NCBI GenBank assembly: GCA_041649575.1
Contig: JBAZMW010000001.1
Span: 154,711 to 218,710 of the forward strand
Length of the DNA stretch: 64,000 nt
Direction: 5' to 3'
DNA from: Patescibacteria group bacterium
Lineage (GTDB): Bacteria > Patescibacteriota > Patescibacteriia > 2-01-FULL-39-33
The notes under the pieces were generated by a model, which was not told the origin of the DNA, did no database searches, and saw nothing but the letters and a program-made list of their open reading frames with translations. Below, piece by piece: positions 9,789 through 18,184 of the stretch. Position 1 is the stretch's first letter. The number at the start of each line of letters is the position of its first letter. The position numbers and the translations under genes were made by a program.

Positions 9789-10844
9789 ATGCTGATCGAT
9801 TTTTTTGTAATCAAAATTTTCTTTTTGGCCTTTTTGTCGTTTATAGTGGCGATTGCCTGGACGCCGGCTTTGACTCATTTTTTATACAAATACAAGCTGG
9901 GCAAACAAATCCGCACTTCCGATCGGGCGCCGATTTTTTCGCAAATGCATCAAAAAAAATCGGGCACGCCGGTGATGGGCGGCTTGTTGATTTGGGTGAC
10001 GGTTTTGGTTTTTGCTTTTGCTTTTCATTTTTTGGCAGTCTGGTTTGACGGCATTTTCGGCAAGTTTGATTTTTTGAGCCGATCCCAGACTTGGCTGCCA
10101 CTAGGAGCGCTGGTGGTGACGGCCCTGGTTGGGCTAGCAGACGACTTCTTAAATATCAGAAAGATCGGGCCCTATGGCGGAGGCCTGTCGGTCAGACATC
10201 GGCTGGTGGTTTACACCCTAATTGCTTTGGTGGTGGCCTGGTGGTTTTATTTCAAACTGGATTGGGACTTTGTGCGCATTCCTTTTTTGGCCACTTTTAA
10301 TATCGGTCTGTGGTACATACCTCTGGTAATCGTGGTGGTGGTGGCCACTGCTTTTTCGGTCAATGAAATTGACGGTTTGGACGGTTTGGCCGGCGGGACG
10401 CTCTTGGCCGCTTTCTCCGCTTTTGGAGCGATTGCCTTTGCGCAAGGCCGCTATGATTTGGCGGCTTTCTGCGGCGTGATTTTGGGAGCGCTTTTGGCCT
10501 TCTTGTGGTTTAATATTACGCCGGCCAGGTTTTTTATGGGTGATACGGGAGCAATGGCTTTGGGGGTGGTATTGGCGATAATGGCGCTACTGACCAATTC
10601 GGTTTTGCTCTTGCCGGTAATCGGTTTTTTGTTTGTGGTGGAATCGGCCTCGGTGATTATTCAGGTTGCCTCCAAGAAGCTGCGCGGTGGCAAAAAGATA
10701 TTTTTGTCGACCCCGATTCATCACCATTTTGAGGCCAAGGGTTGGCCCGAGGCCAAGGTGGTAATGCGTTTTTGGGTTATTTCCGCCATGACTTCCATTA
10801 TTGGACTGGTGATATTTTTAATGGATAGAGGAGCGTGGCGTTAG
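9789..10844 (+). CDS. mraY: Phospho-N-acetylmuramoyl-pentapeptide transferase MraY
   Basis: Motifs KKSGTPVMGG, GLADDFLNIRK, NITPARFFMGDTGAMALG, HHHFE; multi-TM. Confidence 0.9.
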   Translation: MLIDFFVIKIFFLAFLSFIVAIAWTPALTHFLYKYKLGKQIRTSDRAPIFSQMHQKKSGTPVMGGLLIWVTVLVFAFAFHFLAVWFDGIFGKFDFLSRSQTWLPLGALVVTALVGLADDFLNIRKIGPYGGGLSVRHRLVVYTLIALVVAWWFYFKLDWDFVRIPFLATFNIGLWYIPLVIVVVVATAFSVNEIDGLDGLAGGTLLAAFSAFGAIAFAQGRYDLAAFCGVILGALLAFLWFNITPARFFMGDTGAMALGVVLAIMALLTNSVLLLPVIGFLFVVESASVIIQVASKKLRGGKKIFLSTPIHHHFEAKGWPEAKVVMRFWVISAMTSIIGLVIFLMDRGAWR

Positions 10845-10850
10845 TCTGGT

Positions 10851-11049
10851 CGCTTTTCTTTTCTAGAAAAGAAAAGCGCACGCAAAAGAAAAGTCGCGAG
10901 CTAACATGAAAAATTTTGCGTTTCAGACAAAATTCTAACAAAATTTTTAAATTCCCCGCTCAGGCGCTGACGCGCTGAGCGGGTCAAACAGTAAAAATTT
11001 AGTAACGAATTTTGCCTTCACTTTTTTCAAAATTTTTCATAGGCTCGCA
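10851..11049. mobile_element. MITE-like dispersed repeat, copy 1. A 28-bp perfect palindrome CGCTTTTCTTTTCTAGAAAAGAAAAGCG (10851-10878) is followed by a ~155-bp element with imperfect terminal inverted repeats (GCGAGCTAACATGAAAAATTTT ... AAAATTTTTCATAGGCTCGC).
   Basis: About 75-80% identical to 61235..61413. Copy 1 carries an extra internal hairpin (CCGCTCAGGCGCTGACGCGCTGAGCGG). Confidence 0.55.
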
Positions 11050-11074
11050 TTGGGTAACTATCAAAAACAATTGT

Positions 11075-12205
11075 ATGAAGTATTTAGAATTAAGGAATAG
11101 GATTGAAAATTTTACCAAGTATCCAAAAACTCAAAAGATCTCTCGCTCCCTCATTGTTAACAAGGGATTTCATGGTAATTTTAATATTAGTTTTGGCGAA
11201 GCGCCGTTCCTTGAAAAGTTTGGAAATTATTTGGACAATTCAGAAGCGTATAATTTTTCCACCATTCAGCAAGTTATAAGGGTAAATGATTTTAGAGACG
11301 ACTTGGACTCAACACATCTCTTACTGTTTGATATGGCAGATGTTTCTGGTTTTATTGGTGGAAAAAATGTTTCAGATGATGAAAGAAAAAATATTGCCAG
11401 TTTTACCATCAGAAAAACATTTGAGTTTTTAATTAATGAGTTGAAACTAAAGCCGGAACGTTTCAAGATTTCGTATTTGACCGGAGGAAATGTTGAAGTA
11501 TTGACAGCTGGAAAATATAAATTTGATAAATATGTTGAAGGCGACTCTTTTATAAAAACTGCAAAAGAATTTGGTATTTGTGATGAACAATTTATCCCCG
11601 ACCAGACAAGAACAACTCTGCTAGCATTGAATTTTCAGCCACCAGTTTGTTGGGGTTATCGCAATGAAATTTTATATCAAACTGACAGCCCGAGCGAATT
11701 ATTAGATATTGCTTCTATCGAAAACTTACTTTGGCGGCCGGTGTTTAAAAATGGAATCATAGCCGATCTGGCTAGATGGGAAAATTTTTGGTCTTTTCAG
11801 GTTGTGGGTGTAGAAAGGTTATTAATGCTGATAAATAATTCGGACAAAGTTTATGCGGCTGATCATATTATGCCACTTATCACTAAATTTTCAGAAGTGA
11901 CAAATAGTTTGGATATCCATGTTTGCCGTATTACAATGGAGCTGCTACGAGTTTTCCATAGAATTGTAGCTGATATGGAAGGTTTTTCAATATTGTCCAG
12001 CTCGAGAAAAGAAAAGCTCATACCATATCGTAGAAAATTTTTACAAAATTGTGAAAAATTAGGCTTTGACTATAAAACAAATTTAAAAGAATTATTGACT
12101 CTTAACGGCAAATTGCAGCCATGTTATCCTGAACTCCTTTCGGGCACTGAAGCTAAAACTAATAAAATAATAGAATGGTTGAGAAAAGGAAAGATATATA
12201 CTTAA
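11075..12205 (+). CDS. Hypothetical protein (377 aa) inserted between mraY and murD
   Basis: Host-like AT-rich ORF. I placed the start at ATG 11075 because the track's upstream extension overlaps the repeat element. No recognisable motif. Confidence 0.45.
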   Translation: MKYLELRNRIENFTKYPKTQKISRSLIVNKGFHGNFNISFGEAPFLEKFGNYLDNSEAYNFSTIQQVIRVNDFRDDLDSTHLLLFDMADVSGFIGGKNVSDDERKNIASFTIRKTFEFLINELKLKPERFKISYLTGGNVEVLTAGKYKFDKYVEGDSFIKTAKEFGICDEQFIPDQTRTTLLALNFQPPVCWGYRNEILYQTDSPSELLDIASIENLLWRPVFKNGIIADLARWENFWSFQVVGVERLLMLINNSDKVYAADHIMPLITKFSEVTNSLDIHVCRITMELLRVFHRIVADMEGFSILSSSRKEKLIPYRRKFLQNCEKLGFDYKTNLKELLTLNGKLQPCYPELLSGTEAKTNKIIEWLRKGKIYT

Positions 12206-13611
12206 AAAATAAAAAAGTGACAGTCATGGGGCTGGGTTTATATGAAAATGGTAGCGGAATTTCGGCTACCCGTTTTTTGGTGGAGCAGGGCGCTCGGGTG
12301 ACAGTGACCGATTTAAAGACCAGGGAACAACTGACTGATCAGGTAAAGCGACTGGGGTCGTTGGCTAGGAAAATAAAATTTGTTTTAGGTGAACATCGAG
12401 AGGAGGATTTTAAAAATATTGATTTACTTGTAAAAAATCCAGGCGTGCCCAACATTTCAAAATATTTGCGAATCGCTCGAGAAAATAAGATTCCCATTGA
12501 GACGGATATCTCTTTGTTTTTTAAGCTGGTGCCGCGAGAAAGAATTATTGGCATCACCGGCACGCGCGGTAAAAGCACCACCACCAGTTTGATCTATGAA
12601 ATAGTAAAACTGGCCGACAAAAACGCGGTTTTGGGCGGCAATATCACCAAGTCGCCGCTGGCGCAGATGATGGAAGTAAAAAAGGGAGGCATGGTAGTGC
12701 TGGAGTTGTCTTCTTGGATGCTGGAAAGCTTAGAACCGCACAAAATGAGTCCGCAGCTGGCCATTTTTACCAATATTTACCCAGATCATTTAAATACTTA
12801 CAAAAATATTGCCGAGTACGCGGCAGCCAAAGAAAATATTTTCCAGTGGCAGAACAAAGATGATTTAGTGGTGCTAAACCGCGATAATAGCTGGACCAGA
12901 AAAATGGGCGCTAAAGTTCCAGGCAAAAGGTTTTGGTTTTCCAAAAAATATTTTGCGGCAGAAAACGGAGTTTATTTGAAAGGAAAAGATGTCTATTTTC
13001 GGCTCGCTGGCGAGGAAATAAAAGTCTTAAAAAAAGATGACATTCAAATTCTCGGTGAACATAATTTGGAAAATGTTTTGGCGGCGGTAGCCGCCGCTAT
13101 GGCCTGGGGAATCAGGCCGGAAACTGTCAGGCGAGGTGTAAAAAGCTTCAAAGGCATTAGCGATCGGCTGGAATTTTTGAGAGAAATAAAAGGGGTAAAA
13201 TATTATAATGATACCACCTCGACCACGCCAGAAGCGACGATGGCGGCCCTAAGGGCCTTAAGTTTAAAACCAAAAAGTAAAAGCTTAAAAGAAAAAAATA
13301 TTATTTTGATAGGTGGAGGGTCGGATAAAGGGTTGAATTTTAAAGAATTGGCCAGGGAGATAAGAGATAGAGTAAAAAATTTAGTTTTATTAAGGGGAAG
13401 TGGCAGTGAAAGACTGGCTAAAGAATTTTTAGCTTTAAGTTTTAAGTTTTCAGTTGTTGGCTCTATGGCTGATGCGGTTGGTTTGGCTAAAAGTTTTGCC
13501 AAGAGGGGAGATATTGTTTTGCTTTCTCCCGCCTGCGCTTCTTTTGGCATGTTTAATAATGAGCTTGATCGTGGCGCGCAGTTTAGGATGATAGTTAGGA
13601 AGTTAAAGTGA
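12175..13611 (+). CDS. murD: UDP-N-acetylmuramoylalanine--D-glutamate ligase MurD
   Basis: KKVTVMGLGL N-terminus, P-loop GITGTRGKSTTTSLIYEI, Mur ligase C-terminal region. Confidence 0.85.
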   Translation: MVEKRKDIYLKNKKVTVMGLGLYENGSGISATRFLVEQGARVTVTDLKTREQLTDQVKRLGSLARKIKFVLGEHREEDFKNIDLLVKNPGVPNISKYLRIARENKIPIETDISLFFKLVPRERIIGITGTRGKSTTTSLIYEIVKLADKNAVLGGNITKSPLAQMMEVKKGGMVVLELSSWMLESLEPHKMSPQLAIFTNIYPDHLNTYKNIAEYAAAKENIFQWQNKDDLVVLNRDNSWTRKMGAKVPGKRFWFSKKYFAAENGVYLKGKDVYFRLAGEEIKVLKKDDIQILGEHNLENVLAAVAAAMAWGIRPETVRRGVKSFKGISDRLEFLREIKGVKYYNDTTSTTPEATMAALRALSLKPKSKSLKEKNIILIGGGSDKGLNFKELAREIRDRVKNLVLLRGSGSERLAKEFLALSFKFSVVGSMADAVGLAKSFAKRGDIVLLSPACASFGMFNNELDRGAQFRMIVRKLK

Positions 13612-13629
13612 TGGCTTCGGCGAGGCAGG

Positions 13630-13712
13630 CCCGCCTGCGCCAGTTTTGGCATGTTCAATAATGAGTTCGACCGAGGCGCGCAGTTTAGGATGATAATTGG
13701 TAAATTAAAATA
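13630..13712 (+). repeat. Tandem GC-shifted duplicate of the murD 3' end, encoding ACASFGMFNNEFDRGAQFRMIIGKLK* (murD itself ends ACASFGMFNNELDRGAQFRMIVRKLK*)
   Basis: Direct comparison of 13530-13611 with 13630-13712: the same peptide with mostly synonymous, GC-increasing substitutions. The spurious minus-strand ORF 13203..13736 shows the same duplication. Confidence 0.7.
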
Positions 13713-13736
13713 AAAAAAATACGGCGGCGAGGACAC

Positions 13737-14100
13737 TTGCGTATCACTCGCCGCGCTCTAGGTCACGGACTGCGTTCACGATTGACCCCACGGACATGGG
13801 ATCGTGCTCCTGGGGGGCCGTCCCACAAAGCACGGCGGTTACCGGGGGCCGCGCGTCGCGTCCGCGACTGCACAGAGGCCTTTATGGAAGGCCCGGCGTC
13901 CGCGGTCTACGTCCGCAGGACGTGTCGCCGGTGCCCGTCGATGGCCGCGCCCGTCGCGCTTGTGCTCGGAAACAGATTCGAATTCGATATGGACAATGCG
14001 AGATGGGTGCCTTTTCGGTGCTGAATGTGCATAGTGCGTGTTCCTCCTTGTTTGTTCCATTGAACCTCTTCCAGATTGAAACTATGTAAGGCCATATTAG
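13737..14100. other. GC-rich (about 65%) structured ~360-bp islet of unknown nature between murD and ftsW; candidate ncRNA or foreign remnant. Best ORF candidate is a 41-aa minus-strand ORF (14032..13907) with SD AAGGAGG.
   Basis: Many stable hairpins (GCGGCGAG..CTCGCCGC; GGCCTTtatggAAGGCC; GTCGCGtccGCGAC). Every longer ORF is Arg-rich, i.e. non-coding-like. Confidence 0.3.
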
Positions 14101-14224
14101 CATATTAGTAAATTTTTGTCAATAATTAATTAAATAAAAAAATAAAAAATATTAATTTTTTGTTTAAATTTAGACAAAAATAATTGTTCGAAAATTATTA
14201 AAATAAATAGCCAAAGATCAAATC

Positions 14225-15370
14225 ATGAAAATAAAGGTCAGGGAATTATTAAGAGAAATCATAAAAGGCAAAAAAGATCAGCCGCCGGATTGGTATTTGG
14301 TGGGGCTGATTGTCTTTTTGACGGTTTTTGGCCTGATTATGCTGTCATCGGCCGGAGCGGCCGTTGGCTGGCAGAAATTCGGCGACAGTTACTGGCACGT
14401 TAAACACCAAATTCTTTTCGGCTTATTGCCGGGACTGGTTTTGTTTTTTATTTTTTCGCGGCTGGATTATCACCGACTGAAAAGCCTGGCCTCGCCCATG
14501 CTTTTTATTTCTTTGATTTTATTAGTTTTGGTGTTTGTGCCTGGCATTGGCGCCAGCTGGGGCACCTCAAAAAGCTGGATCAATTTTTTTGGTTTTTCGC
14601 TCCAGCCGTCAGAAATCGTCAAGCTCACTTATTTGATTTATCTGGTTTCTTGGCTGGCGGCCAAGGAAGAAAGACATTTAAAAAACTTGCAGCAGGGTTT
14701 TTTGCCGTTTTTGTTTGTTTTGGGTATAATCACCATTCTGATGGTTTTGCAACCGGACACGGGCACCATGCTGATCATTGTTCTGACTTCGCTGATCGTT
14801 TATTTTGTGGCGGGCGGCAGTTTTTGGCACCTGTCGTGGCTGTCGGCGGTAGGTTTGGGCGGGCTGGCTTTGATTATCAAGATTTCTCCTTACCGCGCGG
14901 CGCGGCTGACGACCTTTTTGCATCCCGAGCTCGACCCGCAAGGCATCGGTTATCATATTAATCAGGCGCTCTTGGCGGTTGGCTCGGGTGGCTGGCTGGG
15001 CCGTGGGTTTGGCCATTCGCGGCAAAAGTTCGCTTACTTGCCGGAGGTGGCCGGCGATTCTGTTTTTGCCATTTTGGCGGAAGAACTGGGATTTTTCATC
15101 TCGGCGGCCGTGGTGGCGCTTTTCGTTTTTCTGGCTTTGAGAGTTTTGAAAATGGCCAAAAATTGCCGTGATCCGTTTGGCTCGCTCTTGGCGGTGGGAA
15201 TTATCGTCTGGTTTGTCATTCAGGCTTTCTTGAACATAGGAGCGATTATCGGCGTTCTGCCGCTGACCGGCGTGCCTTTGCCTTTTATTTCTTATGGCGG
15301 CACTTCGCTGATGATTTGCTTGGCCGCTTCGGGAATTTTGGTTAATATTTCAAGGCACAATAATAATTAA
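14225..15370 (+). CDS. ftsW: SEDS-family peptidoglycan glycosyltransferase FtsW/RodA
   Basis: 10-TM protein with conserved SEDS C-terminus (PLTGVPLPFISYGGTS); dcw context. Confidence 0.85.
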   Translation: MKIKVRELLREIIKGKKDQPPDWYLVGLIVFLTVFGLIMLSSAGAAVGWQKFGDSYWHVKHQILFGLLPGLVLFFIFSRLDYHRLKSLASPMLFISLILLVLVFVPGIGASWGTSKSWINFFGFSLQPSEIVKLTYLIYLVSWLAAKEERHLKNLQQGFLPFLFVLGIITILMVLQPDTGTMLIIVLTSLIVYFVAGGSFWHLSWLSAVGLGGLALIIKISPYRAARLTTFLHPELDPQGIGYHINQALLAVGSGGWLGRGFGHSRQKFAYLPEVAGDSVFAILAEELGFFISAAVVALFVFLALRVLKMAKNCRDPFGSLLAVGIIVWFVIQAFLNIGAIIGVLPLTGVPLPFISYGGTSLMICLAASGILVNISRHNNN

Positions 15371-15383
15371 TCATTAACATAAA

Positions 15384-16439
15384 ATGAAAATTTTATTAGT
15401 CGGCGGCGGAACAATGGGTTCGGTGAGCCCGCTTATCGCCGTCTACCAAAAAATCAAACAGCAACAGCCGGAGACGGAATTCTTGTTTGTCGGCACCAAA
15501 ACCGGGCCGGAGCGGGCGGCCGTAGAGAGCTACAAGATTCCCTTTCAGGCGATTTCTTCCGGCAAGCTTAGGCGCTATTTCAGCTGGCAGAATTTCAGCG
15601 ATCCTTTCAGGATCCTGGCCGGACTGATCAGGAGCTTTTTTCTGATTTTGAGGTTTCGGCCCAATGCCATTATGATCGCCGGCAGTTTTGTGGGCGTGCC
15701 GGTAGCCTACAATGCCTGGCTGCTAAGGGTTCCGGTGCTTATCCACCAGCAGGATATTGTTGCCGGCTTGGCCAACAAACTGATGGGCAACACGGCCCAA
15801 AAAATAACCGTTTCTTTTGACATTTCGTTTAAAGATTTTTTCCCGAAAAAAACAGTTTTGACCGGCAATCCGGTGCGAGCCGAATTTTACGACTGTCAGC
15901 CGGCCAAGAGTCGCAAGTTTTTTGGTCTCAAAGAAGATTTGCCGGTGGTGTTGATTTTTGGCGGTGGTACCGGCTCGCAAAAAATCAACGAAACAGTCAA
16001 AAAATCTTTGCCGGAGCTGTTGCAGTTTTGTCAGGTTATCCATGTCACCGGTCGCGGCAAAACAATTAGCGTCAAGGCCGACGATTATCATCAATTTGAA
16101 TTTTTGACCAACGAGTTTACCGACGCCCAGTGTGCGGCCGATATTATTGTTAATCGGGCGGGCATGTCGACTTTGTCGGAATTGGTGATTTTGGCCAAAC
16201 CAACGATTTTGATTCCTTTGCCCGGGCATCAAGAAGACAACGCCAGTTATTTTCAAAAAAATAACGCCGTTATCACCCTCTCGGAAGCGAACTTAAATAA
16301 TGAAATTTTCACCAGCACGATAAAAGAGCTGGTTTTCAACTCGGGGCGAAAAAATAATCTGTCGAGGAATATGGCCAAGATGATGAAAACCAAAGGAGCC
16401 GAGGAAGTGGCGAGATTGCTCTTGGAAATAGCCAAATAA
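15384..16439 (+). CDS. murG: UDP-GlcNAc--undecaprenyl-PP-MurNAc-pentapeptide GlcNAc transferase MurG
   Basis: N-terminal GGGTMGSVSPLIAV and C-terminal GT28 domain; dcw context. Confidence 0.85.
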   Translation: MKILLVGGGTMGSVSPLIAVYQKIKQQQPETEFLFVGTKTGPERAAVESYKIPFQAISSGKLRRYFSWQNFSDPFRILAGLIRSFFLILRFRPNAIMIAGSFVGVPVAYNAWLLRVPVLIHQQDIVAGLANKLMGNTAQKITVSFDISFKDFFPKKTVLTGNPVRAEFYDCQPAKSRKFFGLKEDLPVVLIFGGGTGSQKINETVKKSLPELLQFCQVIHVTGRGKTISVKADDYHQFEFLTNEFTDAQCAADIIVNRAGMSTLSELVILAKPTILIPLPGHQEDNASYFQKNNAVITLSEANLNNEIFTSTIKELVFNSGRKNNLSRNMAKMMKTKGAEEVARLLLEIAK

Positions 16440-16456
16440 TCAAATTGAAATTTATC

Positions 16457-17851
16457 ATGTCCATTTTAGACACGAAGCTGGAAGCAATAAATAAAATATA
16501 TTTTATTGGTATTGGCGGTAGCGGCGTTTCGGCGGCGGCGCGGATTTTGCAAAAGGAGGGAAAAGAAGTCTGGGGCAGCGATATCAGCGGCGGCGAAATC
16601 GTCGAGGAACTGATCGGGGAAGGCATAAAAATTTTCATCGGCCAGAAAAAAGAAAATATTGTTTCGGATATTGACCTGGTTGTCTACAGCGTGGCCGTGC
16701 CTCAAGACAATCCGGAGAGGCAAACGGCGGAGAAACTGGGCCTTTGCCAGATAACTTACCCGCAACTTTTGGGTTTGCTGATGCGGGATAAGTACGGCAT
16801 CGGCGTTTCCGGCACCAATGGCAAAACCACCACCACCGCCATGTTGGCCAAAATTTTTTTGGCGGCGGGCGAAGATCCGACCGTAGTGGTGGGCAGTAAA
16901 GTTGATTTTTTGGCTGGCAACTCGCGAGTGGGCCAAGGAAAATATTTTATCTTTGAAAGCGATGAATATCGGCGGGCTTTCGATAATTATTTCCCCAAAA
17001 TCGCTTTGGTGACTTATATCACCGCAGACCATCTGGACTATTTTAAAGATTTGGAAGAAATCAAAGCGGCCTTTGGAGATTATTTAAACCGCCTGCCTCG
17101 AGCTGGCTTGGCGGTGATAAACGGCGATGATGATAATTCTCTGGCAGCGGCCAAAAACTGCCAGGCCAAAATAGTCTCTTTTGGCCTGGACAGGCCTGCC
17201 AATTATTTGGCCCAGGAAATAAAAACGGCCGGCGGCAAACAGACTTTTGAGGTGAGAGAGAGGGGCGGTGAGCCGGAGAAAATAACCATTAATTTGCCGG
17301 CCAAATATAATATTTATAATGCCCTGGGCGCCATAGCGGTGGCCAGGATTTGCGGTTTGAGCTGGCCGGTTATCAAGGGCGCTTTGGCCGATTTTACCGG
17401 CACTTGGCGGCGTTGGCAAAAAATTGGTAAAATAGGGAAGACAGAGATTATTGTCGATTATGCCCATACGCCGGACGCGGTGGAAAAAACCATCGCCGCG
17501 GCCAAAGGATATTATGCCGGCAAAAAAGTATTAATTGTGTTTCAGCCGCACCAATACAGCCGCACCAAGGAATTATTTTTGCCTTTCAGTAAAAGTTTTT
17601 GGCAAGCCGACTGGGCGATTATCACTGATATTTTCTATGTCAAAGGAAGGGAGAAGCCGGAGGATTTTGCTGTCAGTTCACAAAAGCTGGCTGAGGCGAT
17701 AATAACCAATGGCAGCCGCGCCGAATATGGCGGCGACTTGGCGCAAACAGAGGAATTGATAAGAAATAAAGCTGGCGATTTTGACGCGGTTCTGATGTTG
17801 GGGGCCGGCAATATTTACGAAGCGGCCAAGAGACTGTCAGAAAACAACTAG
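16457..17851 (+). CDS. murC: UDP-N-acetylmuramate--L-alanine ligase MurC
   Basis: IYFIGIGGSGVSAAARIL and GVSGTNGKTTTTAML P-loop. The track start 16445 is a TTG; I prefer ATG 16457. Confidence 0.85.
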   Translation: MSILDTKLEAINKIYFIGIGGSGVSAAARILQKEGKEVWGSDISGGEIVEELIGEGIKIFIGQKKENIVSDIDLVVYSVAVPQDNPERQTAEKLGLCQITYPQLLGLLMRDKYGIGVSGTNGKTTTTAMLAKIFLAAGEDPTVVVGSKVDFLAGNSRVGQGKYFIFESDEYRRAFDNYFPKIALVTYITADHLDYFKDLEEIKAAFGDYLNRLPRAGLAVINGDDDNSLAAAKNCQAKIVSFGLDRPANYLAQEIKTAGGKQTFEVRERGGEPEKITINLPAKYNIYNALGAIAVARICGLSWPVIKGALADFTGTWRRWQKIGKIGKTEIIVDYAHTPDAVEKTIAAAKGYYAGKKVLIVFQPHQYSRTKELFLPFSKSFWQADWAIITDIFYVKGREKPEDFAVSSQKLAEAIITNGSRAEYGGDLAQTEELIRNKAGDFDAVLMLGAGNIYEAAKRLSENN

Positions 17852-17889
17852 TTTAGTTAACAATAAAATAAAAAGTCGGAAGAGCAATT

Positions 17890-18159
17890 ATGAACAATCT
17901 TATCGACGATGACAGCCATAAAGAGGAGGAGGGGGAGGAGCTAATAGGCAGGGACCAGGAGGTAGAGCAAAAAATCGAGTGGGAAGAAGAGCTGGAGAGA
18001 ACTTATGGCCAAACGAATCGCCGTGAAAACCAGAAAGGAAACAAACTGACGGGCACTGGTTTTGCCAAACAGAAGCAAGTAATGGAAGCCAATAATTTTT
18101 ATCAGAAGCCGAGGCGCCGGCCGCCAGTCAAGCTGGTTGATCAAACCAAAGGAAAATAG
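17890..18159 (+). CDS. Small acidic/charged hypothetical protein (89 aa)
   Basis: ORF between murC and murB with low-complexity charged sequence. Confidence 0.3.
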   Translation: MNNLIDDDSHKEEEGEELIGRDQEVEQKIEWEEELERTYGQTNRRENQKGNKLTGTGFAKQKQVMEANNFYQKPRRRPPVKLVDQTKGK

Positions 18160-18184
18160 TTTTACTTGGTATTAAACCAAGCTC

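Noticed and set aside
13203-13736. 177-aa minus-strand ORF spanning the murD 3' end
   Set aside because: Antisense to murD. Its internal peptide duplication simply mirrors the tandem murD-end duplication.
13737-14100. Calling the GC-rich element RNase P RNA or tmRNA
   Set aside because: I found only weak resemblance (e.g. GGTAACCGCC, TTCGAATC) to conserved blocks, in the wrong order or spacing. I cannot support a family assignment without a covariance-model search.
15723-17467. Antisense ORFs within murG/murC (15723..16256, 16466..17032, 17084..17467)
   Set aside because: Embedded antisense in well-supported Mur genes, with Arg-rich, non-protein-like translations.
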